This document shows positions 37,701 through 47,644 of a DNA stretch of 64,000 bases, piece after piece (positions within the stretch are counted from its first letter, which is position 1; the number at the start of each line of letters is the position of its first letter). The notes under the pieces are model-generated. The model saw nothing but the letters and a program-made list of their open reading frames with translations. It had not been told where the DNA came from and ran no database searches. The position numbers and the translations under genes were made by a program. The DNA comes from Asterias rubens (taxonomy: Eukaryota): contig NC_047066.1 in the NCBI RefSeq assembly GCF_902459465.1, positions 6,758,001 through 6,822,000 on the forward strand, written 5' to 3'.

Positions 37701-39739
37701 TCTTAAACTAGTCAGTTGGGAGAGTACAAACTTGTTCCTTGTCACAATTAGATTGCAATATGCCTCATCGACCGCCATCATTGATGTATTAACAATCAGA
37801 AAGGCACATGTGTACACGCTGCGCGTGCACTTTTCCCTTGTTAATACATCAAAGATGGCGCTCGATGGCGCGTATTGCAATCCATCTATAAGGGAAACCC
37901 CTGTACATGTACCTACCTTAACATATTGGTTCTCTTGTATATTACGTCCCTTGACTCGCAGCACGCAAGCCAGCACGTCAAAGTCCACATCCTCAACTGA
38001 AATGGTCAGCATGGTGCGCACTCTGCTGCTGCTGCTACTTCCAGTCGAAGACTCCGTGGTGACCTTTCTCACCGTGGTTGACCTCAGACTGTCACCGGAG
38101 CGGACGAGGTTAAAAGCGTGCCACATGTCCTCTGACTCCTCAGGGACTAGGGTCACTTGCCTGTAACATAATCAATCAATCAATCAATTAAATAAATCAA
38201 CCAATCAATCAATCAAGCATCATTTATAGAGTGCCAAAATAAAAAGTTTGCTCTAAGGCGCTGAGGCATGTTTGAATTGTTAGTGACCCTGCTGGAACAA
38301 CATGTGAGCTTTGAGGAGTGTCTTGAATGATGGCAGTGAGCTGGCATTTCTGATCTGTTTAGGAAACTTATTCCTCATTTTGGGGCCATACACAGAGAAT
38401 GATCTCTCTGCAAAAGTTGAATAGCGAGTTCTTGACACCTAAAAAAAGGAGCAAGAGGTAGAAGATGTCTTTGTTAAAGCCATTGGACACTTTCGGTAAA
38501 CAATATTGTCCAAGGCCCACACTTCGTGTATCACAACTTATATATAAAATAAAAAACCTGTGAAAATTTAGGCTTAATTGGTCATCGGAGTCGGGAGAAA
38601 ATAACAGGAAAACCCACCCTTGTTTCCGCACGTTTCGCCATGACATGACATGTGTTTAAAATAAATCCGAATTCTCGACATCAAGAATTGATATTGTTTT
38701 GATGTTTTCTCAAAAAGTATTAAGCAATTCATGGAATAATATTTAAAGAGAAGTCTTTCACCATTACCTTCTGTAAACCCTGCAAGTTATTTGTAAATCT
38801 GTGAACTTTTATTTTTGTTTCTGTTCCGAAAGTGTATAAAGGCTTTAAGAACTCAATATGAGCATGTCTGTGATATACCCAGGGGCTTGTATGGTATACA
38901 AATATTGAGTGGCTCAGAGTGGAATGGGAGGAATAATGGGTAAAATTTGGACTGTTCCGTTTCACGAGGCGAAGCCGGTCCAAATTTTAAAGCCACTCAA
39001 TAATTGTTTTATATAACTGACATACAGATCCTTGTCATTTGATGTATTTCAAAAGTAGAACATTATGAAAAATCACACCAAAATACTGACAACCAAAAAT
39101 CATAAAGCGCCGCGTAGCGGCAACAATGCACAAATCGGATCACAACCTTTTGCACAGGTGCTCCTTTTTTTTAGCAGCGTTGGGCGACGCTGTACTGCTC
39201 AAAAACATTGGGAACAAGGATGATCCTAACTGTTGAATGGGAAATGCTATTCCCCATGGGCGAATAGGTCTTTTTGATCGCCACTGCGGATGGGAGTAAT
39301 AGTGAATTCCACCAATGAAATAACAAGGATCTGTATGTCAGTTATATAATATGCTTTATACATCAGGGTCATAGCTTTGAAGGATCATAAAGAAAGGAAT
39401 AACTGTGATTTTTTCTAAGGTATTATGGGATTTTAGTGATTTGGAGGGCAAATAAAGATTTTTTTTCAGTGTTAATTATTTTAAATCTTTACCGCGAGTC
39501 AGTGGAGTTTTCTTTTGAGAATGTCATTGTCACAAATAAATCCTGACTTTATACCCTGTTAGGGTTTATAGAGCTGCCTAAGGAGAGAATATTGCTTAGT
39601 AGTTTTCTGCTAAGTAGAAATGAGCATCATGGCACCGGTCACATATTGTACTTGTGACAAGGCAGTTTGGCTTGTTCTGGTAAGCGTAATTTACTTACCC
39701 TGCTCCGTCTTTCTCAAGATCTCTGCTGACCAGCTTCAT
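31713..39739 (-). CDS. PELO: Pelota (Dom34) ribosome rescue factor, ~386 aa
   Basis: Exons 39739-39699, 38160-37917, 37208-37118, 36799-36575, 36169-36129, 35371-35251, 34745-34625, 32809-32738, 32190-32084 and 31810-31713 total 1161 nt. Motifs include [77 protein letters not shown] and an acidic tail. Confidence 0.96.
35447..35687. mobile_element. Harbinger-like MITE with a CAG TSD, nested in a Kolobok remnant (relatives ~15690-15820, 20500-20730, 36370-36540)
   Basis: TIR GGG(G/C)CCAATTTCATA(G/A)AGCTGCTTAAGCA. Removing it restores tcaaagacCAGtattctc, as seen at ~12345-12365. Confidence 0.75.
37748..37888. repeat. Hairpin/MITE family in PELO intron 3' of exon 2 (second copy ~37380-37530, half copy 48590-48645)
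   Basis: Arms caatatgcctcatcgaccgccatcattgatgtattaaca and tgttaatacatcaaagatggcgctcgatggcgcgtattg. Confidence 0.7.
38170..38430 (-). mobile_element. L2-like LINE 3' fragment
   Basis: The minus strand translates as [34 protein letters not shown], a typical L2 ORF2 end, and is followed by a (TTGA)n tail. Confidence 0.65.
39010..39348. mobile_element. MITE in a PELO intron
   Basis: TIR TATATAACTGACATACAGATCCTTGT at both ends. Confidence 0.75.
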
Positions 39740-40073
39740 GATTTCAGTAGGGGGGAGGGGGTCTATCTGAAGTTTGCGACTTCACCAGTTTCCGATTTTA
39801 CAACTAACTATTAAAAGTTCAAAAGACTGTTAATAAAGCTTGCGATTTGTTGACGATGATCCCCAGCTTTAATGAAAATCTTTGCTCCATTTTTACATGC
39901 ATGCCTGGAGGAAACAAAAATTGAAACACAAAACAAGAGAAAGATATTGAGATATCTATCAAAAATATTTTTTATACGGTTTAGGCTTAGCTCTGCATTT
40001 TGATTTTAAGTTAAAATTTAGCCAAACCACCAGGAAGTGGTTTATAAAATAAAACCTAAAAAGGAAAAGTTTG

Positions 40074-40185
40074 CGTATGGCGCCACCACTTTTTCATTCA
40101 ATAAATGAAATAATATAGCATCTACTTTACCTCAATGATATATCCCTTTTTGTAAAAACGAGTGAAAAAGTGGTGGCGCCATACG
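40074..40185. repeat. Short inverted-repeat element
   Basis: 23-bp perfect arms CGTATGGCGCCACCACTTTTTCA / TGAAAAAGTGGTGGCGCCATACG. Confidence 0.75.
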
Positions 40186-40589
40186 GAAAGTTATCCACTT
40201 CTTTGAACACACACAGAGACACACACACTATTTATTTACAAAAACTTCGGAATAGGCCTACTTAATTAATTATCAGTTTGTTTTACTTTCTTAACATTAG
40301 CATTATCATACCTAAAATCATTACAAATAAAATTGCTCCAATTGAACTTTTCACTGTATTGTGCAATGTGACTAATTAGTAATTAGCTCAGCATGTGTGC
40401 TGCCATATATATGATATTGCCGCCGGCCGGTTGTATTTTTGTATGGACCGCCGGCCGGCTGGCTGCCGTGTGTGAATATATATGATGACATTCTTGCATT
40501 TATTGCAAAGCGTTCATTTTAGATAAACAACTTTAGACAATCCAGCCCTAACCAACATAATGTGTTATTTCAGACGTACATGTACATAC

Positions 40590-40760
40590 CTCGCGACCTG
40601 TCTACGTCTTCGTAGTTTTCATAGACATAGCATAACGCTACGGGACGGTGGGAATGTCAAAAATACACCGGCTTATGGCGCGACGTCGTACGTGTCGTCG
40701 CCGCATGAGTTTAACCCGGAAGTACTACTGATGACTTTCCGGCCGTAGCCACTGCATGCC
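40590..40760 (-). promoter_or_regulatory. Putative PELO promoter and non-coding first exon
   Basis: CpG-dense island with ETS-type CCGGAAGT at ~40717-40724. Minus-strand donor AG|GTATGT at 40590/40589 and matching acceptor ccag|G at 39905/39904. Confidence 0.55.
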
Positions 40761-42659
40761 ACATGTTGAGGGCGCACTGCAAGCGAACCGAGATGCACCT
40801 TTTTTTTCTATGGGACAAGCATTCAAACCTTGCTAAGCACATAAAAACTATTGCTAAGCAGGAGCAGTTCATCAGCCAAAATTGCATTATGACGTGTGTA
40901 TTGATTGGGTCAATTGGATAGGGTGACTGGTGTCCAACTAAATAATATTTGCTTTGTAAAGAAAATTGCACGCAAGCAGTCTGCTTTACAGAGAAATTTG
41001 GCACACTGGGGACAAGTGCAGATTTTAAACACCACCCTTAATCTTGGTTTAAACATTTACATGCGAAACGCTGTTGACCCCGCCCTCACACAACACACCC
41101 ATTTACTTTGAATTCCAAATTGTGTAGAAGAAAGTTGACTGAAGAAAAGTGGAAAACAACTTCATGAATGTCTCAAGATGTACATGCTGTTATAGAAATC
41201 ATTCTCTTCACGACTAGATACTGCAGATGTGCTTGAAAGTGCACTCAGGAATCCGAATGTCAATATTGGAAATGTTCTTTTTGTTGGGCGGGGGTTGGGG
41301 TGGGAGGGGACAGGTAATATGAGAACATGATAGAAACAATAAATTCATGGAAGACACAGACAAATTAAATTTTCCCAACACCCTTTTATTTTGCTCTTGT
41401 CAAATAAACGCCACCAATATATGAATAATCTCTAAAATATATTTGTATGTACATCAAACAGGAGAATAAACTGCCTTACAATGTTGCCTATTTACACGAT
41501 TCGTGACTTTGGAGTTCAGGTTTCACAAATGACTTTAAAAGGAATGCCTTACAAATTACTGAGTATTTAAAATTAACAGTTGCTCAGCAACAACATTAAA
41601 CTTGAGCAAGTATAATTGGTTACCACTAATCTTATCTAATGCCAGGGTTTGCCCCTTCACTTTCTCTTTAACTAGCCAGCGGATGACCAGTTACGCCATT
41701 AGCGTTTTTGGCCAACGGAGGATGCTGCTGCAAGTTGCACACATTGGCTGGTAACCATTAAACAGAGAAAATTTCTCAATTACTTTACATCTTGTGTCTA
41801 AATATTAATCGTTAATTTTTTTAGCTCAGCATTGAATTTTCAAATAACTTTCCGTTATAGAAAATTAAAGTTAAAAACTATCTATGACTTGCTTATTATA
41901 TTAACTCAATCGAGTAAAAATATACAATACATGATTTCAGGGGTTGTAGGTTGGACTGTGCGTACATGTACTGCATTGAAGCAAATATTAATGTTAAGTA
42001 CTGTCATTGTTTTTGTTCAAGACAAATGCAATCAAATGCTCCTAGTAACCCTTATTCTTCAGGCCGATTTCTTTTTGGAGAAAAACTCACTCAAATAACA
42101 TGTGGTAACTCAACACCCAAACTGTTTGTGTCCGAGTGATTATGGTGGTATGCCTGGACCAATAATCTGTTTACTAGTGCAGGCAATCCTTAGTCCAACG
42201 TCCAACATGGTCGAACATAGAATCAAATGAAAAATGCAGTTAGTATTGGGTAATAAGCGTTTATGTTGTTAGTACAATGCAGGCCTTGAATAGTAAAAAG
42301 GTTACAGAGAGATTAGTTGTACATGTCATAGTAGTTTGGCTTGTCAACTTTATCTGGTAAGCATAATTTTGTTGTGGTTAGCTCCTTTTTGTGCTCCAAG
42401 TAGATTTGTCACGCTGTCACCATCTTGGTCATGTTCCCTGTTTCCAATAACAGTAATGAATAATAACATTCATTGCACAAACATGGCACCAGACTACTAT
42501 TTCATCTAGCCTCAGTTTGGTTACAATGAGTTGGAATGGAGTAAAATCAAGATGGCCACACCGTGACAAAGGCCTATAAGAAAACCATTCTACTTGACCA
42601 TCAACATGTCTTTTCAACCTAAAAGATGTTCACCCTCAGTCACTTAACAATTACATCTC

Positions 42660-45600
42660 TCACATGTAATCCAGTGAGGGGAAAAGGTCTGTGAATGATT
42701 CTTCCCAGATACTGTCCCCAAGATTTGGCGTCATGTCAGGATTACTGAAAGGTGACCCGGGGGTATCGCCAAAAGCTGAATCAACACAGCTGCTGTAATC
42801 ACTGTGTCCAGCATCACTCTTTGAATCACAGTTTTGAACATCGGATTTCAGGGAGAACAGTTCAGCGATGTCACAGTCAAAGTCGCTGTCATTTATCGAC
42901 AGCAGGTTGGGGACTGATGTATCACTTGAGTTGACGGACATATCAACGTCCTTCAGCGATACTAGCATGTCTCGGAGAGCAGCCTCTGCTTTGTCCGGCA
43001 GAATATCAGTCCTGAATTCCAAATCAGAATCATCAGAATCTAAGTCAATCACAGAGTCATCCATATCAATTTCAATCACCGGGATCTGGGACTTGGCAAC
43101 ATTGGGTAGTGGCTTTTCCTGTTTGATGCTCACAACAACGGGTGTGGGAGTTGGTGGCCATTTAACGTACTCATGGTCGAAACGGATTAGTTCTTTGAGG
43201 GATTCCAGCTCTTCTGCTGAGGGCCCCACCACTGGGTAGGGACTGACTTGGGCTTGATCGATGTAACAGGAGTCTGGGCTGACAATCTCAGTTGCGGCTT
43301 GAGTTTGTGACTCAACATCTTGAAGCAGTCCCAATAGCATGTCAGGCTGAAGAGGGAAAAAAGGCACAAAATGAAATTATTTATTTTATCGGGAAAACAG
43401 AATTAGCTTGTGTAAACTCCTTCCCAACCAAAAGGAGCTATGGTAAACATGGTCTGATGTTTCGACCCAAGCAGAGTCTTTCTTCAAGGGCTAAATAATC
43501 AGTTTATCCTGAAATATATTTAGGAAACTTCTCCAATCACCTATAACACTTTCTTAAAAAAATGGTTTGTAGCTGTTGTCAAACACAATTTAGTCTTTAA
43601 AAACACAAAAGCCAAATCATTTGTAGGCTTTATTGTAGACTCCACAAATCATTTCCAGAGCATTGCTGTTTGATAATAACTTTTCTCCTAATCATATGCT
43701 GGGTCAGCTCCAGAACACTTTGGAGATAATAATTCATGAAGAAACTTTATACAAAAAAAACCAAACATTTATGAAACCTACCTCAAGCAAAGAAGCGCAA
43801 CCAACCACGCTGAAATCAGTTGGATCTGCAACTGCTGCAGAGGTGCATTGAGTGCTGCGGACTCAGTTGATCCAACTTCCTTCTTTGTGACGAGTACATC
43901 TTCTTTGTTGTTTTCCTGTTATGGAAAAAAATACGAGCACATTTTATTAATTGACATCGGCCACACAATGTGGTAATATTAAAGGCAGTGGACACTATTG
44001 GTAATTGTCAAAGACTAGCCTTCACAGTTGGTGTATTTCAATATACGCATAAAATAACTAACCTGTGAAAATTTGAGCTCAATCGGTCATCAAAGTTGCA
44101 AAATAATAATGAAAGAAGAAAACACCCTTGTCACACGAAGTTGTGTGCGTTTAGATGGTTGACTTCGAGACCTCAAGTTCTAAATCTGAGGTCTTGAAAT
44201 CAAATTTGTGGAAAATTACTTCTTTCTCGAAGACTATGGCACTTCAGAGGGAGCCGTTTCTCACAATGTTTTATACCATCAGCCTCTCCCCATTACTCGT
44301 CACCAAGAAAGGTTTTATGGTCATAATTATTTTGAGTAATTACCAATAGTGTCCACTGCCTTTAACAGAGATTAAAGTGCATCTTCTTGATCTTAGCGGG
44401 ATTTTTTCTTTGTTTTCAGAAGCAGTTTTTTCAAATACGACTTCATTAAGAGGGAAACATTTCATAGAAAAATTATTCTTATTTGAACTACAAAGTCAAT
44501 ATGCCTTAAAACTTTTGTATCTTTACCAATCCTGTATTTCTAACGGTTGGATTTTGGAAAGAGTAAAATTTGCAGAAACAAGTCTATCATATTTTGTTGT
44601 ATTTCCAAAGCTGCTGGCTCAAATTTGTCCAAAAGAATTTGCAATAAGTCCCATGAATAAACAACAATTTCCTAAAAAAGAGGAAGTTCAGATTAAATTG
44701 ATTCAATGAAAAACATTTTTTGTGTGTGAAAATATTCACCAGTTTGATAAACAAATATAAATTGTTTTCCAAAGAACACTTCTCCATACCATTTTGACAT
44801 CAGCAACCAGACCAAGTCGCCTCCTCAGTTCTTGGTTCTCATTCATAAGTAACGTATTTTGTTGTCTCAAGGCTTCGTTCTGCTTCTGGAGTTTGTTGTT
44901 CCTCATTTGAGATTGATCTAGCGTTTCTTCAATGGTGTCCATGTGTGCCTTCTTTCGGTCCCGTGCTGTCTGTGCGGCGACTCTGTTCTTCAATTTTCTG
45001 TGATAGAAAATAATAAAAAAATACATAAATGAACTGACGTAGAGCGTTTAAATCTTGATTCATAAATACCTCAGACAGTTTTGCTATTCCTATTGGTGGA
45101 GAGCGCGTCACGTGGGGGTGTTTAAACCTTTAATAAGGTGTTTATAACCAGTTGTGACACATGACATTGCGCTCAATTTTTGAGAATTTCTTTTGTCATT
45201 TGGTTTTAGTTTACCGTTTTTAATGTTTGGGAGGTACCAGCAACAAACACATGAGCATTCACCAGGCCCTCCACATACGAACTGTTGTTTTATAGTCAAG
45301 TTAATTACAAAAACCCAAATACATAAAAATCATGTAAACTAAAACATATGGTCTTTATTATTTATAAAAGGCAAACTGACATTTCAAATGGCATAACTGA
45401 GGCATAACTCCATCCATGTATGAACGAACATGACGAATGGTCATTCAAAACATTTGCTCTGCACTATTATTAAATAATATTTAGAATTAGAGATTAACTT
45501 GTTGCATTATCCAGTACAATCTATAAGCTGAAAAATATACCCCCCCCCCAAAAGGGCGTATCGGTTTATGAAATGAACTTTGAAACATATGTTCCCGACT

Positions 45601-45789
45601 GCGACACAACAATGCAACAGGTTTTTCCAGAAACACCCACCTTCGTAACATTTTCTCTTCCGGTGTCAGGTGTGTGAGCCTCTGCCGCTTGCGCGGCGCA
45701 GAACCCGGGGCAGTGCTCTGCTCCATGATGCCCACTGTCCTCTTCAAATTCTCCGGATGGGAGGTAAAAATTATCCTTGTAGCAGACAT
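42660..45789 (-). CDS. XBP1: X-box binding protein 1, spliced form XBP1s (~385 aa bZIP factor)
   Basis: Exons 45789-45641, 44997-44790, 43915-43782 (minus the 20-nt IRE1 intron 43838-43857) and 43346-42660. bZIP: [37 protein letters not shown]. XBP1s-like segments: PDMLLGLL, ELIRFDHEY and C-terminal WEESFTDLFPSL. Confidence 0.96.
43187..45789 (-). CDS. XBP1: XBP1 unspliced form XBP1u (~216 aa)
   Basis: With the 20-nt intron retained, the frame reads ESAALNAPLQQLQIQLISAWLVALLCLSLTCYWDCFKMLS...QWWGPQQKSWNPSKN*, with the stop at 43189-43187. Confidence 0.88.
43819..43876 (-). other. XBP1: IRE1 cleavage structure (two CNGCAGC stem-loops); non-canonical intron 43838-43857
   Basis: The mRNA reads GUUGGAUC AA CUGAGU CCG^CAGC ACUCAA UGCA C CU CUG^CAGC AG U UGCA GAUCCAAC. 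This gives two 7-nt loops on short stems, closed by an 8-bp outer stem. Confidence 0.95.
43979..44365 (+). mobile_element. K1 MITE copy in XBP1 intron 2
   Basis: Near-consensus body, perfect TIRs and TTAA ends. Confidence 0.88.
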
Positions 45790-45928
45790 GGTATTTCTAT
45801 GATATCTACGCTGTCAATAGTTGATGTTTAGGAGAGCATAGCTCCTTCACAGACGTAAGAAAACCAATTTTGTGTTCCGAATTTCTGTTTACATCTTGGT
45901 ACTTTGGTTTGGGTAGAAATACTAAAAG

Positions 45929-46153
45929 CCACGTCAGCTCTAACTCGATGTGGCCTTAGCCGATTGGTTGGTGCCTAATTGATGATGTCATCATATCGAA
46001 ACGTGATTGGTAGATTAATGATTGCGTCAGATTGATGAATAATGCATTTTTGATTAACGAAGTAAATATTTTGATAGAGTTGCTTTGTTTATGCATGGTT
46101 TTGACTGACGCAACCAGGCGCGGCAGGGTTTCTTCAAAATTTCATGATGCAAT
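45929..46153 (-). promoter_or_regulatory. XBP1 promoter with UPRE, ERSE and C/EBP-ATF (ATF4-type) elements
   Basis: TGACGTGG at 45936-45929 and CCAAT-CGGCTAAGG-CCACA at 45967-45949. TGACGCAAT at 46029-46021, TGACGCAAC at 46106-46114 and TGATGCAAT at 46145-46153. Confidence 0.7.
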
Positions 46154-46419
46154 TTTATTTGGAATTCAATCATACTTTCACCGGTGTGCATTTCATAACA
46201 AACGCGGCTTTTCAAAGACCAACTCGACCGATCCGCAAGGCATCGTGTTTATTTAAAATTGTTGTTCACCACTCTCTTTTTCTCAGAAGTTAAATCCTAT
46301 CAATATAAACCATGAGGGGAACTGACTGTGGGTAAATTTAAATGAATTTTGGGTTTGAACAAAGACAAATTGACTAGAGTGGGATTCGAACCAACGACCT
46401 CCGGATTAACATACATTGG

Positions 46420-46760
46420 ACACTTTTGGTAATTGTTAAAGTCTAGTCTTCACAGTTTTATACACAATTTTTATAAACAAAATAACAAACCTGTGAAAAT
46501 TTGAGCTCATCGGTCGTCGGAGGTGAGATAATAGTGAAAGAAGCACCATTGTCACACGAAGTACACGAAGGATGCTTGATTTCGAGACCTAAAGGTCTCG
46601 AAATCAAATTCGTGGAAAATTACTTCTTTCTCGAACACTACACTACTTCATCAGAGGGAGCCGTTTCTCACAGTGTCAACCTCTCCCCATTACTCGTTAC
46701 CAAGTAAGGTCTTTTGATAATAGTTATTTTGAGTACTACGAATAGTATCCACTGCCTTTA
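46420..46760 (+). mobile_element. Degenerate K1 MITE copy
   Basis: K1 body with deletions, flanked by inverted tRNA-like arms. Confidence 0.7.
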
Positions 46761-47237
46761 GGTCATTGGTTCGAATCCCACTCCAGTTAATTTTTCTTTG
46801 TTCAACCCCCCAAAATTAATAAAATCCTCTGAAGAATTCCCGAGTTGAACGAAATACACTCAGGGGCCGGTGTGGCAAGACCAGTACCAAACTCCAAAGC
46901 AAACAAAATGATGACAGAAATTACGTGTTTGTTGCTAGGTGGGCCTATAAATAGTATTTGCCGCCTGAATATTTTTCGTCTATCTATCTATAGGCCTACT
47001 CCGAGTCGTTTTTTTTTGTCGCAGAGTGAAAAATACACGAGGCCCGGCCAAGTAGCATACAATGCATAGTGTTTATTGATGCAGTATTTTTTCAGTTTAC
47101 ATTAGTTTCTTGTGAGAGAAAGCGATTTACAGTGAACTGATACGTTTTTGGATGCATAATTCTGTTTCTGTTTTTAACTTCTTGATGAAGGCTGGTATTC
47201 TTCATTTCTGTCGAACCATCGCCTACTACCATCTAGC

Positions 47238-47379
47238 TAGTCTTGGTTCCAAGACCATAGTGTTTGCGCGCGCACACCAACGTTCAGATCTAGTCTACGT
47301 ACACGGCTTGTAACGAATAAACGTAGAGGGCGCTTTGTAATTTTGTTTCCGGATAATTATGGTCTTGGAACCAAGACTA
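47238..47379. mobile_element. 142-bp MITE with a 9-bp TSD (longer relative at 58862-59227)
   Basis: TIR TAGTCTTGGTTCCAAGACCA. CCATCTAGC occurs at both 47229-47237 and 47380-47388. Confidence 0.85.
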
Positions 47380-47644
47380 CCATCTAGCACATACTTCAAT
47401 ACTACTAGTACTATACTGCACCATAGAGTTATGTATATGTACTGCACCTATAGTCGCGTCGCCTACATGTACATACTGATCAAGAATATTAAAAAGAATG
47501 TATTTTGGTATAGTCTCATTGCTAAAATGATAATACCTCATTAATCATGCGCCATGCGTAGCCTATAATTACAGGCTAACACTGAGAACAAAAATCTAAA
47601 GGCATAACGTGTTCTATAGGAAATATACAGTTAAAAACACTAGG

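Noticed and set aside
37732-38166. 144-aa plus-strand ORF
   Set aside because: It is antisense to PELO exon 2 and its intron, with no recognisable motif.
42868-43239. 123-aa Ser-rich plus-strand ORF
   Set aside because: It is the antisense shadow of the acidic XBP1s exon.
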